A stretch of DNA of 24,000 bases. Origin: Clostridium lundense DSM 17049 (lineage in GTDB: Bacteria; Bacillota; Clostridia; Clostridiales; Clostridiaceae). Under the pieces are notes generated by a model, which ran no database searches, was not told the DNA's origin, and was given only the letters and a program-made list of their open reading frames with translations. The stretch spans positions 579,951 to 603,950 of the forward strand of contig NZ_JHVC01000001.1 in the NCBI RefSeq assembly GCF_000619945.1. The letters are read 5' to 3'. Positions 1 to 8,196 of the stretch are shown here, in pieces; positions within the stretch are counted from its first letter, which is position 1, and each line of letters begins with the position of its first letter. A program made the translations under genes and the position numbers.

Positions 1-221
1 CTACTAAAGACTTGAAGTATGCTATTAAAGGAAAAACAAAAGTTATCCAAGGAAAAGTTGAAAAAGTTTATGTAGCAGGAGGATCAAATCCTTTTATATT
101 AGGTGGAAAGGAATTTAGAAGAAATCCTTGGAGTTTTAGTCCTAAAGAAGGAGAAAAGTATATATTGAAATATCTTCCCAACAGCAGATATGTTGTTGAA
201 TACGAGAAGATAAGTGATTAA
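1..221 (+). CDS. 3' end of a hypothetical protein gene (partial, open to the window edge)
   Basis: The frame is open from the window edge, with no stop upstream of the TTG at 12. Stop is TAA at 219-221. A hairpin terminator follows at 295-324. No recognisable motif in the 69+ aa. Confidence 0.4.
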   Translation, partial: TKDLKYAIKGKTKVIQGKVEKVYVAGGSNPFILGGKEFRRNPWSFSPKEGEKYILKYLPNSRYVVEYEKISD

Positions 222-294
222 ATATTATAAATAACTTGATTATAATAAGCTCAGTGACGTTAAAGAATGTGTAAAAATATTTACTTTAAATAAT

Positions 295-330
295 AAAGAC
301 AAATAATTTTCATTATTTGTCTTTATTATT
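295..330. terminator. Probable bidirectional intrinsic terminator between convergent genes
   Basis: Perfect 13-bp stem AAAGACAAATAAT (295-307) / ATTATTTGTCTTT (312-324) with a 4-nt loop. T-rich flank on + and A-rich flank upstream (T-rich on -). Confidence 0.7.
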
Positions 331-340
331 TAGAATTAAG

Positions 341-1666
341 TTATCTATTGAATTTTGTTTTAATGCTTGTCCAATAATCATTATTTTCAAGTCCAAGTCT
401 CCACATAGCTATGCCAGACAAACTATATGAATTTACTAAGTTTAATTTATAGTTTAAACTTTGGGAATTTTCAAACCATACAGAATGACTTATTCCTGAA
501 GCATCTATATAAGTGAAATAAGGGGATTGAGATACAGAATCCCATTTCACAGTAGAACCATAAGTTGAAGCTAGATTGTAAATGCCTGAAATACTATAAG
601 CTTTTGTTCCATTTGAAGACCAATCATACCCATAGGCTGCAGTTCCTAAAAGAATTTTTTCCTTTGGTATAACTGTAAGTGCATATTTTATAACATTTTC
701 TACCCAACCAACTGAAGCTATAGCACCAGGAGTTCCGCCAGGGTAATGTTCATCATAGGTCATTAATACAATTTGATCTGAATAACTTGATAGTGCAGCA
801 TAATCATAGGCTCCACTCCAAGAAGCTGTAGGACTATCACTAGTTTTAGCAGGAACAGCCATTGTTACATAGAAGTTTTGGGCATGAAGAATGCTGTAAA
901 GTTCACTCATAAAAGTTGTTAAGTAACTTCTATCGTAATAATATACACCTTCAAGATCCACATTAACACCTTTATAGCCATTAGTTTTTAAAGCGTTTAA
1001 GATATTATTTATTAACGCTTGTCTATTTGATGAACTCTCTAGTAGTGTTTTTGCTATGTTTCCATCAAAGTTATTGGCTATCATAGCAAGTGATTTAATG
1101 CCATTATTATTTGCATAAGTTATTTGACTAGTTGGAATAAGTCCAGAGATATTTCCATATGCATCTGTTGTATAAGTATTTGTAGCAATTTCATCTAAAG
1201 TTGAAGTATTAGTTGTCATTGAATTATAAGAGGAAATATCCCCAGAGTAATAATAAGTTGTGTATCCAAGTACCATTTTTTTAGAAGCTAGAGGTAATTG
1301 GGAGGTTGTAATATTTATATGGGGGGAATCTAATGATGTACCATAAGAGTTATATGCTCTAACGAAATACCAATACTTTGTGTTAGATGATAATGCTGTG
1401 TTTTTATAAGTGTTGCTACTAATTGTAGCTATTAAAGTATAGTTTGTATCATTTGAGGTTGCTCTGTATATTTTGTAGCCGGTTGCTCCTGATACTGATT
1501 GCCAATTTAAAGTAACCTCATTTGCTGTTACATTAGAATAAGTTAATGAGGTTGGAGGAGTAGGAGGAGATCCTGTTTTATTAGGCTTAGCAGAAATAAA
1601 GCTACTGTGTAAAAGAAATGAAAGGATTAGAATAAGTGTAACAAAAATCTTTTTTTGGAATTTCAT
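341..1666 (-). CDS. Secreted glycoside hydrolase family 18 protein with an N-terminal fibronectin type III module (YaaH/YdhD/SleL-like catalytic domain)
   Basis: 441 aa. Signal peptide MKFQKKIFVTLILILSFLLHSSFISA. Fn3-like segment LTYSNVTANEVTLNWQSVSGATGYKIYRA...YWYFVRAYN. GH18 motifs GVNVDLEG (DxE), LMTYDEH and GIAMWRLGLEN. Confidence 0.85.
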   Translation of the reverse strand: MKFQKKIFVTLILILSFLLHSSFISAKPNKTGSPPTPPTSLTYSNVTANEVTLNWQSVSGATGYKIYRATSNDTNYTLIATISSNTYKNTALSSNTKYWYFVRAYNSYGTSLDSPHINITTSQLPLASKKMVLGYTTYYYSGDISSYNSMTTNTSTLDEIATNTYTTDAYGNISGLIPTSQITYANNNGIKSLAMIANNFDGNIAKTLLESSSNRQALINNILNALKTNGYKGVNVDLEGVYYYDRSYLTTFMSELYSILHAQNFYVTMAVPAKTSDSPTASWSGAYDYAALSSYSDQIVLMTYDEHYPGGTPGAIASVGWVENVIKYALTVIPKEKILLGTAAYGYDWSSNGTKAYSISGIYNLASTYGSTVKWDSVSQSPYFTYIDASGISHSVWFENSQSLNYKLNLVNSYSLSGIAMWRLGLENNDYWTSIKTKFNR

Positions 1667-1867
1667 TATAGATCACTCCTTTTTTATGTAGAATACTTTC
1701 TATATCGAATAAATATTATAAAAAATGGAGAGGTAATTAGTGGTAATATATTCTGTTTTATTCCAATAAGAAATTACCAATTATTCACATGGTTTTTAAT
1801 ATGATATAATAAAAACTAGACAGGCTATTTTTATGTAGAAGAATTATAAAATAAATGAGGGGATAAT

Positions 1868-2452
1868 ATGATTAAAAATGTTATTTTTGATTTAGGAAAT
1901 GTATTAATAAGCTTTAATCCTATAGAATATTTACGTAAAAAGGTAAATAATGAAGAAAAGGTACAGGAAATCTTTAAAGAAATATTCCTAAGTAAAGAGT
2001 GGGGGATGCTTGATAAAGGGGTAATTACAGAGGAAGAAGCTATAAATAATATATGTAGTAGGAGTAATGGAAATGATAAGCTCATAAGATTAGCTATGAA
2101 TAATTGGTATGAAATGCTCACACCTATTGAAGGCATGATAGAGAATCTGAAAAAATTGAAGGATAAAGGATATAAAATTTATTACTTATCAAATTTTCAT
2201 ATGCTTGCTTTTGAAGACGTTACTAATAAAAATGAATTTTTTAAATTTTTTGATGGAGGAGTTGTATCCTTTAAAGAAAAATTATTAAAACCTGAAAAAG
2301 ATATTTATAATAAGTTAATAGAAAGATACAAAATTGATCCAAAGGAATCAGTTTTTATTGATGATACAGAAACAAATATTGCAGCAGCAAAGAAACTTGG
2401 ATTTCAAACAATACATTTTAAGGATGATATAGATATAGAAAAAATATGCTAA
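1868..2452 (+). CDS. HAD-superfamily hydrolase (subfamily IA-like phosphatase)
   Basis: 194 aa. HAD motif I FDLGNVL, motif II YYLSNF, Lys in KPEKDIY, motif IV FIDDTETN. GAGGGG RBS just upstream of the ATG. Confidence 0.85.
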   Translation: MIKNVIFDLGNVLISFNPIEYLRKKVNNEEKVQEIFKEIFLSKEWGMLDKGVITEEEAINNICSRSNGNDKLIRLAMNNWYEMLTPIEGMIENLKKLKDKGYKIYYLSNFHMLAFEDVTNKNEFFKFFDGGVVSFKEKLLKPEKDIYNKLIERYKIDPKESVFIDDTETNIAAAKKLGFQTIHFKDDIDIEKIC

Positions 2453-2472
2453 TATGTTGATTTTGTTAACAT

Positions 2473-2503
2473 AGCACTCCTGTTTTCTGTGATCAGGAGT
2501 GCT
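2473..2503. terminator. Hairpin between convergent genes (likely terminator)
   Basis: 10-bp GC-rich stem AGCACTCCTG (2473-2482) / CAGGAGTGCT (2494-2503). The T tract after it is weak (GTATTGTTG). Confidence 0.55.
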
Positions 2504-2586
2504 GTATTGTTGTAGTGAATTTATAAAATTCTAAATTCGTGAAGAACTCTAAAAAGCCCTAGAACTATTTATTGAATTTTATATAA

Positions 2587-3327
2587 TCAGTGAGATAGTT
2601 GAGCTTTTATTATTACACAGGTGGTTCTGTGAAACTCATCTATAAAGTCAGGTCTTTTTTTCAAAGCATTTTCATCAGGTATTGGTTCTACTAATTCTTT
2701 TATAATAAAATTTTCTTTGATTAATGTATTGATAATTTCCGACATAGGTCTATGATATTTTTCTATTTTCTCATTAAGCCATGTTATTTTACGTTTCCCA
2801 CTATACATATAATCAGATAAGTTAGAATATAGTTTATTTCCGAATTGGTCTTTTGTCCAAACACATCCTTTTTTAGGGGCTGTTGTATTAGGGTGTTCCT
2901 GAGAATACAACAATGTACCGTTATCTTTTAATAAAAGCCTTATATCACAAATTAACTTTTTATAATCTTCTACATAATGGAAAGCTAAAGAGCTAAAAAT
3001 CAAATCAAATTTCTGTGATAATATATTGATTTTACTCATGTCCATTTGGATATATTTTATATTTTCATGAATATTTTCTTTTTTTGCAATTTCCAGCATC
3101 TTAGAAGAGATGTCTATTCCAACAACTTTAGATGCACCCTTTGAAATAAAATCAATACAATTGTTGCCATATCCACAACCCAAATCAAGAACTATTTTTC
3201 CGCTTAAATCAGGGAGTAATTTTCTTATAGCTGGCTGTTCCACAAGAATGTTGTAATTATATACATTCTTTCTCAACTCTTTATATTCTTGAAAAAATGT
3301 TTCATTATCATAAATGTTTTGACTCAT
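2587..3327 (-). CDS. Class I SAM-dependent methyltransferase
   Basis: 246 aa. SAM-binding motif I VLDLGCGYG, acidic post-I residue in GIDIS, and LKDNGTLL motif. Substrate not inferable. Confidence 0.85.
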   Translation of the reverse strand: MSQNIYDNETFFQEYKELRKNVYNYNILVEQPAIRKLLPDLSGKIVLDLGCGYGNNCIDFISKGASKVVGIDISSKMLEIAKKENIHENIKYIQMDMSKINILSQKFDLIFSSLAFHYVEDYKKLICDIRLLLKDNGTLLYSQEHPNTTAPKKGCVWTKDQFGNKLYSNLSDYMYSGKRKITWLNEKIEKYHRPMSEIINTLIKENFIIKELVEPIPDENALKKRPDFIDEFHRTTCVIIKAQLSH

Positions 3328-3485
3328 TCATTCCTCATCCCCTTACTTTAATGAATAATTTCTATCCTATAGATTGTGTGTATGCTAATTATAACATTAA
3401 TTACAAAAAATACAAATTTGGTTTATAATTAGGTGTAACATAAATGAAATAATATGGTTTATTAAGTGAAAGGGGTGAATATAAT

Positions 3486-3551
3486 GTGAAAAATGATGAA
3501 TTTGAAATTCTTTATAAAAAATATTATAAGGAAGTTTTAAAGGAGGCATAA
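3486..3551 (+). pseudogene. 21-codon stub resembling the N-terminus (and possibly C-terminus) of an ECF-type sigma-70 factor. Probable remnant of a deleted sigma gene.
   Basis: GTG at 3486 with AAAGGGGTG RBS. Translation is VKNDEFEILYKKYYKEVLKEA, with stop at 3549-3551, 3 nt before the next ATG. The downstream gene's AAGGAGG RBS lies inside the stub. Confidence 0.4.
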
Positions 3552-3554
3552 AGT

Positions 3555-4745
3555 ATGAATTTTAAAGATCTATTGGATAAATATAAAGATGGAAATGCAT
3601 CTCCAGAAGAAATTAAATTAATAGAAGAAGAAATAAATAAACATGAAGCCGTAAAGGAATATTTGTCTAAAAGTTATGATATAGACTTTGAAAATAATAT
3701 TTTAGAGGACAATTTAAAAAATGAAACAAATTTTATTAAAAACAAAGTAAACAAAAAATTACGCAAAGTAATAGTTTACACTGTTTCTGTTGTATTTTCA
3801 ATTTTATTTACTATCTTTTATATAGTTTCTCCTATTTTAAATAATTTTTATTATAATCCTGGTGAAAAAACAATAGGTAAATATAATGAGGACTTATATT
3901 TTGATGCAAAAGTTTTTACAGAATTAAATTTTCCAGGTTATGAAGTAGATGGGGTAGGTTCAGAGAGTTTAGGCTTTGGGGTATATAATATATTTATTGA
4001 ACGAAGAAATTCATTTAATCGTGAAACAAAGTATATTAATATTAAAATAAAGAGAAATAGTAGAATGGAAAGTTTTGAATACTGTTCTCCATGGTATTCC
4101 TCTGGATTTTATAGTATTAAGGAACCAAATGCTATTGAGGATGAAATTGTTAAATATGGAAACCAAGAAGTTAAACATCATATTAATGAACTTAATCCTG
4201 TTTCTTACATTTCTGCATCTGTAATTTTTCAAAAGGATTTAACTATAAAAGAGTTTGATGAATTAAGAAAAAAATATAATAAATTAAGTTTCAAATGGGT
4301 AGGAGTGCGTACTGAAAGTGAAGGAAAAACTGTTAATCGTTTATTTGGATTTAACCCTAATTTAAACAATGGATCAGATAGTGCTGATAAAGCTGACAGA
4401 AAAAAATATCCATATTTAGAAATGATGGATTGGACGGATGCAGATAATAAGAAGAAAGATTATAATAATATGAAGGAAGCATACACTAAGCATTTCACTT
4501 CATTATTAAAATATATGAATGATAGGAAAAAGGCTGTTAAAGCATTAGATCATAACAGTGACATAGTAGTAGGATATTATACAAATGCTTTGGATTATGT
4601 ACAAAAGAATGGAATAAATACCTATGGAGTTTTAGTTTATGGTGAAGGGAGAGAATTATTACAGTTTATAAACAATGAAAAAATAAAATCCATAAGCATA
4701 AATAATGTGTTACCTTCGAAATATATAAATAATCCATGGGGATAA
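3555..4745 (+). CDS. Membrane-anchored anti-sigma factor-like protein (sigma-factor regulator N/C-domain type)
   Basis: 396 aa. Short cytoplasmic N-terminus MNFKDLLDKYKDGNASPEEIKLIEEEI, typical of Firmicute sigma-factor regulators. Single TM helix VIVYTVSVVFSILFTIFYIV and a large extracytoplasmic domain. Strong RBS. Confidence 0.6.
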   Translation: MNFKDLLDKYKDGNASPEEIKLIEEEINKHEAVKEYLSKSYDIDFENNILEDNLKNETNFIKNKVNKKLRKVIVYTVSVVFSILFTIFYIVSPILNNFYYNPGEKTIGKYNEDLYFDAKVFTELNFPGYEVDGVGSESLGFGVYNIFIERRNSFNRETKYINIKIKRNSRMESFEYCSPWYSSGFYSIKEPNAIEDEIVKYGNQEVKHHINELNPVSYISASVIFQKDLTIKEFDELRKKYNKLSFKWVGVRTESEGKTVNRLFGFNPNLNNGSDSADKADRKKYPYLEMMDWTDADNKKKDYNNMKEAYTKHFTSLLKYMNDRKKAVKALDHNSDIVVGYYTNALDYVQKNGINTYGVLVYGEGRELLQFINNEKIKSISINNVLPSKYINNPWG

Positions 4746-4915
4746 ATGAATTTTAAAATTTATATACTTATTTTTATAAAGATTTTGTATTGTATAAATT
4801 AAGTAATGTTTAGTTAAATAGTATTAGAATATTTATTTTGTTTTAGGGTGTTGGATTTGGTTTCATATAATTATAGAATATAGGATAAAAAAATAAATAA
4901 GAGGGGGGCTAGTCT

Positions 4916-5452
4916 ATGTATTACGGAGAGAGAATTAAACTAAGAGCTTACAAAAGAGAGGATGTACCTTTAGCTTGTGAATATATGAATGATAATGAGA
5001 TGAAAAGATTACTGGTGAATAAAATACCTTACCCTATGATATTAGAAGAAGAAGAGAAGTGGTTTGAAAGTCTTGTAAATTTAAAGGATAGCTATAATTT
5101 TGCTATAGAAGATTTGGAAAGTGGAAAGTATATAGGTGGGTGTGGAATAAATCAGATTAATTGGCTTAACAGGATAGCAATTATAGGTATATTTATAGGA
5201 GATAAAAACTATTGGGGAAAAGGATATGGAGCAGATGCGATAAACACTTTAGTTAATTTTATATTTCAACAAATGAATATGAATAAGGTAAAGCTAAGTG
5301 TTTTTTCCTTTAATGAAAGAGCAAAAAAATGTTATGAAAAATGTGGTTTTAAGGTTGAAGGAGTTTTAAGACAAGAACTTTTTAGAGATGGAAAATATAA
5401 TGATGAATATATTATGTCTATTTTGTTTGGGGAATGGAAGAAGAAAAGTTGA
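4916..5452 (+). CDS. GNAT family N-acetyltransferase (RimJ/RimL-like)
   Basis: 178 aa. Acetyl-CoA binding region YWGKGYGADAINTLVNFIF and NERAKKCYEKCGFKVEG. GAGGGGGG RBS. Confidence 0.85.
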   Translation: MYYGERIKLRAYKREDVPLACEYMNDNEMKRLLVNKIPYPMILEEEEKWFESLVNLKDSYNFAIEDLESGKYIGGCGINQINWLNRIAIIGIFIGDKNYWGKGYGADAINTLVNFIFQQMNMNKVKLSVFSFNERAKKCYEKCGFKVEGVLRQELFRDGKYNDEYIMSILFGEWKKKS

Positions 5453-5532
5453 AAGGTATACAGTTATTGTTATCTATATATTAACTTATTTGGAAATATT
5501 GGCTATAATGGTATGTGAGAGGAGTTGGTGAA

Positions 5533-7062
5533 GTGAAAGAATATTATAAGGTAGTTTTAAGAAAATCAATAATGCTTTTGTTTCTTTCCTTTGGACTACT
5601 ATTTGCAGTGGCTACAACTATAGTATGGAAATATAACTTAAGCATCTGGTATGGTGTTGGTATTTCTGTTTTAATAGTATTGATTCAATTTTTATTTGGA
5701 CCTATGATTATAGACATGGTTTATGAAGCAAAGTTTAAAAAACAACATGAGTATATAAGTGAAAATGTATTAAATTTTATTAAGAATTCCTGTGATGAAT
5801 ACAATATACCATTTCCTAAAATAGGAATAATTAAAGATGGTAACCCTAATGCGTTTACTTATGGACATATTCCAAGAAACGCAAGATTAGTGGTTACAAC
5901 AGGTCTTTTAGATATATTAAATGAAGAAGAACAAAAGGCTGTAATTGCCCATGAGCTAGGTCATATAAAGCACTATGACTTTATTGCTATGATGGTAGTT
6001 TCATTAATTCCTATGATATTGTATCAGATATATATAGGGACTAAAAATAAGAAAACAGATAAAAAATATATTATTGGATTAGGTGCTTATGCAGCATATC
6101 TGGTAAGTGGATTTTTAGTTTTAGGTTTTTCAAGAATGAGAGAATATTATTCTGATAATTTTTCTAAAGAGATAATGGGAACTGGGGAGCATTTAAAAAA
6201 TGCTTTAATAAAGATAGCTTATGGTACCGCTAGTAGAAAAAAAGACGAAACACCTAGAACTTCTTGCATGGCTTTCACAAATAATCTTCAAAATGACTCT
6301 TGGATGTTGTCAACCTATAAATTAGAAGAGGAAAGCAAGTTGAATTTTAATCTAATGAAATGGGATTTGAAAAATCCATGGGCAAAGTGGTATGAAATAA
6401 ATAGTACCCACCCACTAACAGGAAAAAGAATATTAGCATTGGATCATATTGAAATAGAGGATAATGAGTCTTTTACAAAAAGATTAATAAAATTCTTATG
6501 GGAAGCAATGGTGAGTATACTTCCATATGCTCTGGCTTTATGTAGTTTTTTATATATTTCTATGGACAAAGATATAAATTTAATAAAATTTATAAATGAA
6601 AATTCATTATTAATATTAATAGGAGCTAGTATGTTATTAAAATATTACTATTCCTATGGAAGAAGATATGAAGAAAGAAGCATAAAGGAACTTTTAGCTA
6701 TGGAGGAAGCTTCTCCAGTAAAGGGTATTCCTGCAATATTAAAGGGTAAAGTAATAGGAAAGGGTATACCAGGACTATTTTTTAGCGAAGACTTAATAAT
6801 TGATGATGGAACAGGTATAATGCTAGTGGATTATAGACAGCCATTAAAAATCTTTGAATGGATATTTGGAGTATTTGAGGTAGATAAATTCAAGGAAAAA
6901 GAAGTAGAGGTTATAGGATGGTACAAAAGAAGCACAAGACCTTACTTTGTATGTAAGTATATAATACATGATGAAGAAAAGATTCAATGTTATAACTATT
7001 TATTAATGAAAATACTTGCATATTCTCTTATAGTTATAGGTTTGTGTATTAAATTTTTTTAA
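5533..7062 (+). CDS. Peptidase M48 (HtpX-like) zinc metalloprotease with a long C-terminal extension
   Basis: HExxH in AHELGHIKH, downstream REYYSD Glu region and NSTHPLTGKRI motif. N-terminal TM pair. GTG 5533 is preferred over GTG 5515 because GAGAGGAG lies 8 nt upstream. About 200 extra C-terminal residues with further hydrophobic helices. Confidence 0.85.
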   Translation: MKEYYKVVLRKSIMLLFLSFGLLFAVATTIVWKYNLSIWYGVGISVLIVLIQFLFGPMIIDMVYEAKFKKQHEYISENVLNFIKNSCDEYNIPFPKIGIIKDGNPNAFTYGHIPRNARLVVTTGLLDILNEEEQKAVIAHELGHIKHYDFIAMMVVSLIPMILYQIYIGTKNKKTDKKYIIGLGAYAAYLVSGFLVLGFSRMREYYSDNFSKEIMGTGEHLKNALIKIAYGTASRKKDETPRTSCMAFTNNLQNDSWMLSTYKLEEESKLNFNLMKWDLKNPWAKWYEINSTHPLTGKRILALDHIEIEDNESFTKRLIKFLWEAMVSILPYALALCSFLYISMDKDINLIKFINENSLLILIGASMLLKYYYSYGRRYEERSIKELLAMEEASPVKGIPAILKGKVIGKGIPGLFFSEDLIIDDGTGIMLVDYRQPLKIFEWIFGVFEVDKFKEKEVEVIGWYKRSTRPYFVCKYIIHDEEKIQCYNYLLMKILAYSLIVIGLCIKFF

Positions 7063-7079
7063 TCTGAATAATTTATAAA

Positions 7080-7124
7080 AACAGCCCTATGCAGTTATGT
7101 TATCTGCATGGGGCTGTTTATTTT
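7080..7124 (+). terminator. Intrinsic terminator after the M48 protease gene
   Basis: Stem AACAGCCCTATGCAG (7080-7094) / CTGCATGGGGCTGTT (7104-7118) followed by TATTTT. Confidence 0.85.
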
Positions 7125-7242
7125 AATTGTAGTTAAGTTGTGATTATACTGTAACATAACTGTGACAATTTAAATTTAAAATACAGATATAAGTTAAACA
7201 TTAAAGAGTAATTCTAAATTTAAAATAATTGAGGTGAGAGAA

Positions 7243-8136
7243 ATGAGAGAAGCTATAGTTTATTCTGTGGTGGTACCTTTATTTAATGAAGAATTTGTTA
7301 TTGATGAAAGTTATAAAAGATTAAAACAGGTTATGGATTCTACTAAGGAAAATTATGAGATTGTGTTTATAAATGATGGAAGTAAAAATAGAACTATATA
7401 TAAAGTAGAAAGCATATGCAAAAATGATGAAAAGATAAAGCTTATTAATTTCTCAAGAAATTTTGGACATCAAGCTGCCATAACAGCAGGAATGGATTTA
7501 GCATTAGGGGAGGCAGTAATAGTAATAGATGCAGATCTACAAGATCCACCTGAAGTTATGCTTAAGATGATTAAAAAGTGGAAGGAAGGGTATGAAGTTG
7601 TATATGGAAAAAGAATAAAAAGACAAGGAGAGACCTTCTTTAAAAAGTTCACAGCAAAAATGCTTTATAAAATATTAAAGAGTTTAACTACTACTGATAT
7701 TCCTGTAGATACAGGGGATTTTAGGCTTATAGATAGAAAAGTATGTGATGCTATGATATCATTTCCTGAAAAGAATAGATATGTAAGAGGACTAGTTAGC
7801 TGGGTTGGATATAAACAGACTTGCGTAGAGTTTGTAAGACAAGAAAGATTTGCAGGAGATACTAAATATCCTTTAAAGAAAATGATGAAGCTAGCACTAG
7901 ATGGTATAACTTCTTTTTCTTATAAGCCTCTTGTAGTTTCTGGAAATGTAGCTATTAAAGGATATACAATTGATTTAAGTCCAAAAGAGTATGAGTTATT
8001 AATTTACCTTACTGAAAACTATGGTAGAGCACTAAGTAGAGAACAAATACTTGATAAGGTATGGGGATACGACTATTATAAAGATTTAAGAACAGTAGAT
8101 ACCCATATAAATAGACTAAGAATAAAATTAGATTGA
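7243..8136 (+). pseudogene. Chimeric ORF: GT2 (GtrB/CsbB/DPM1-like) glycosyltransferase catalytic domain fused in frame to an OmpR-type winged-helix domain
   Basis: GT-A motifs VVVPLFNEE, FINDGS, IDADLQDPPE, DTGDFRLIDR, DGITSFSYKPL up to nt 7932. The expected C-terminal TM helices are absent. From 7933 the frame reads LSPKEYELLIYL...REQILDKVWGYDYY...RTVDTHINRLRIKLD. ATG 7243 has a GAGGTGA RBS. Confidence 0.7.
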
Positions 8137-8196
8137 AAAAGTAACTATGTTCATACTGTAAGAGGGTATGAATATAGATTTGAGGCGGAAGAATGA
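7933..8196 (+). pseudogene. Remnant of an OmpR/PhoB-family response regulator: DNA-binding domain only, with an in-frame stop
   Basis: No receiver domain upstream. TGA at 8134-8136 interrupts the wHTH. The same frame continues KSNYVHTVRGYEYRFEAEE to TGA 8194-8196, overlapping the kinase ATG as ATGA. Confidence 0.75.

Noticed and set aside
1831-2136. 101-aa minus-strand ORF overlapping the HAD hydrolase gene
   Set aside because: It is fully antisense to a motif-supported gene. It has Ile/Leu/Ser/Phe-rich composition typical of the reverse complement of Lys/Glu-rich AT-rich coding sequence, and no RBS.
4011-4232. 73-aa minus-strand ORF inside the anti-sigma-like gene
   Set aside because: Antisense shadow ORF with no RBS and low-complexity Asn/Ile/Phe composition.
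4746-4799. 17-codon ORF (MNFKIYILIFIKILYCIN) starting at the anti-sigma stop codon (TAAATG)
   Set aside because: It has no usable RBS spacing and is very short and hydrophobic. It is likely a chance ORF in AT-rich intergenic DNA.
7171-7227. 13-nt perfect direct repeat TAAATTTAAAATA (7171-7183 and 7215-7227) upstream of the GT2 gene, possibly response-regulator binding sites
   Set aside because: It is composed purely of A/T in a very AT-rich genome. A rough estimate suggests a local 13-mer repeat of this kind is expected by chance about once in a window of this size.
7470-7652. 60-aa minus-strand ORF inside the GT2 domain
   Set aside because: It is antisense to sequence encoding conserved GT-A motifs. 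It has no RBS or terminator.
8134-8136. In-frame TGA in the response-regulator remnant as selenocysteine or programmed readthrough
   Set aside because: No SECIS-like hairpin follows it. The gene also lacks its receiver domain and its partner kinase is broken, so a plain nonsense mutation is far more likely.
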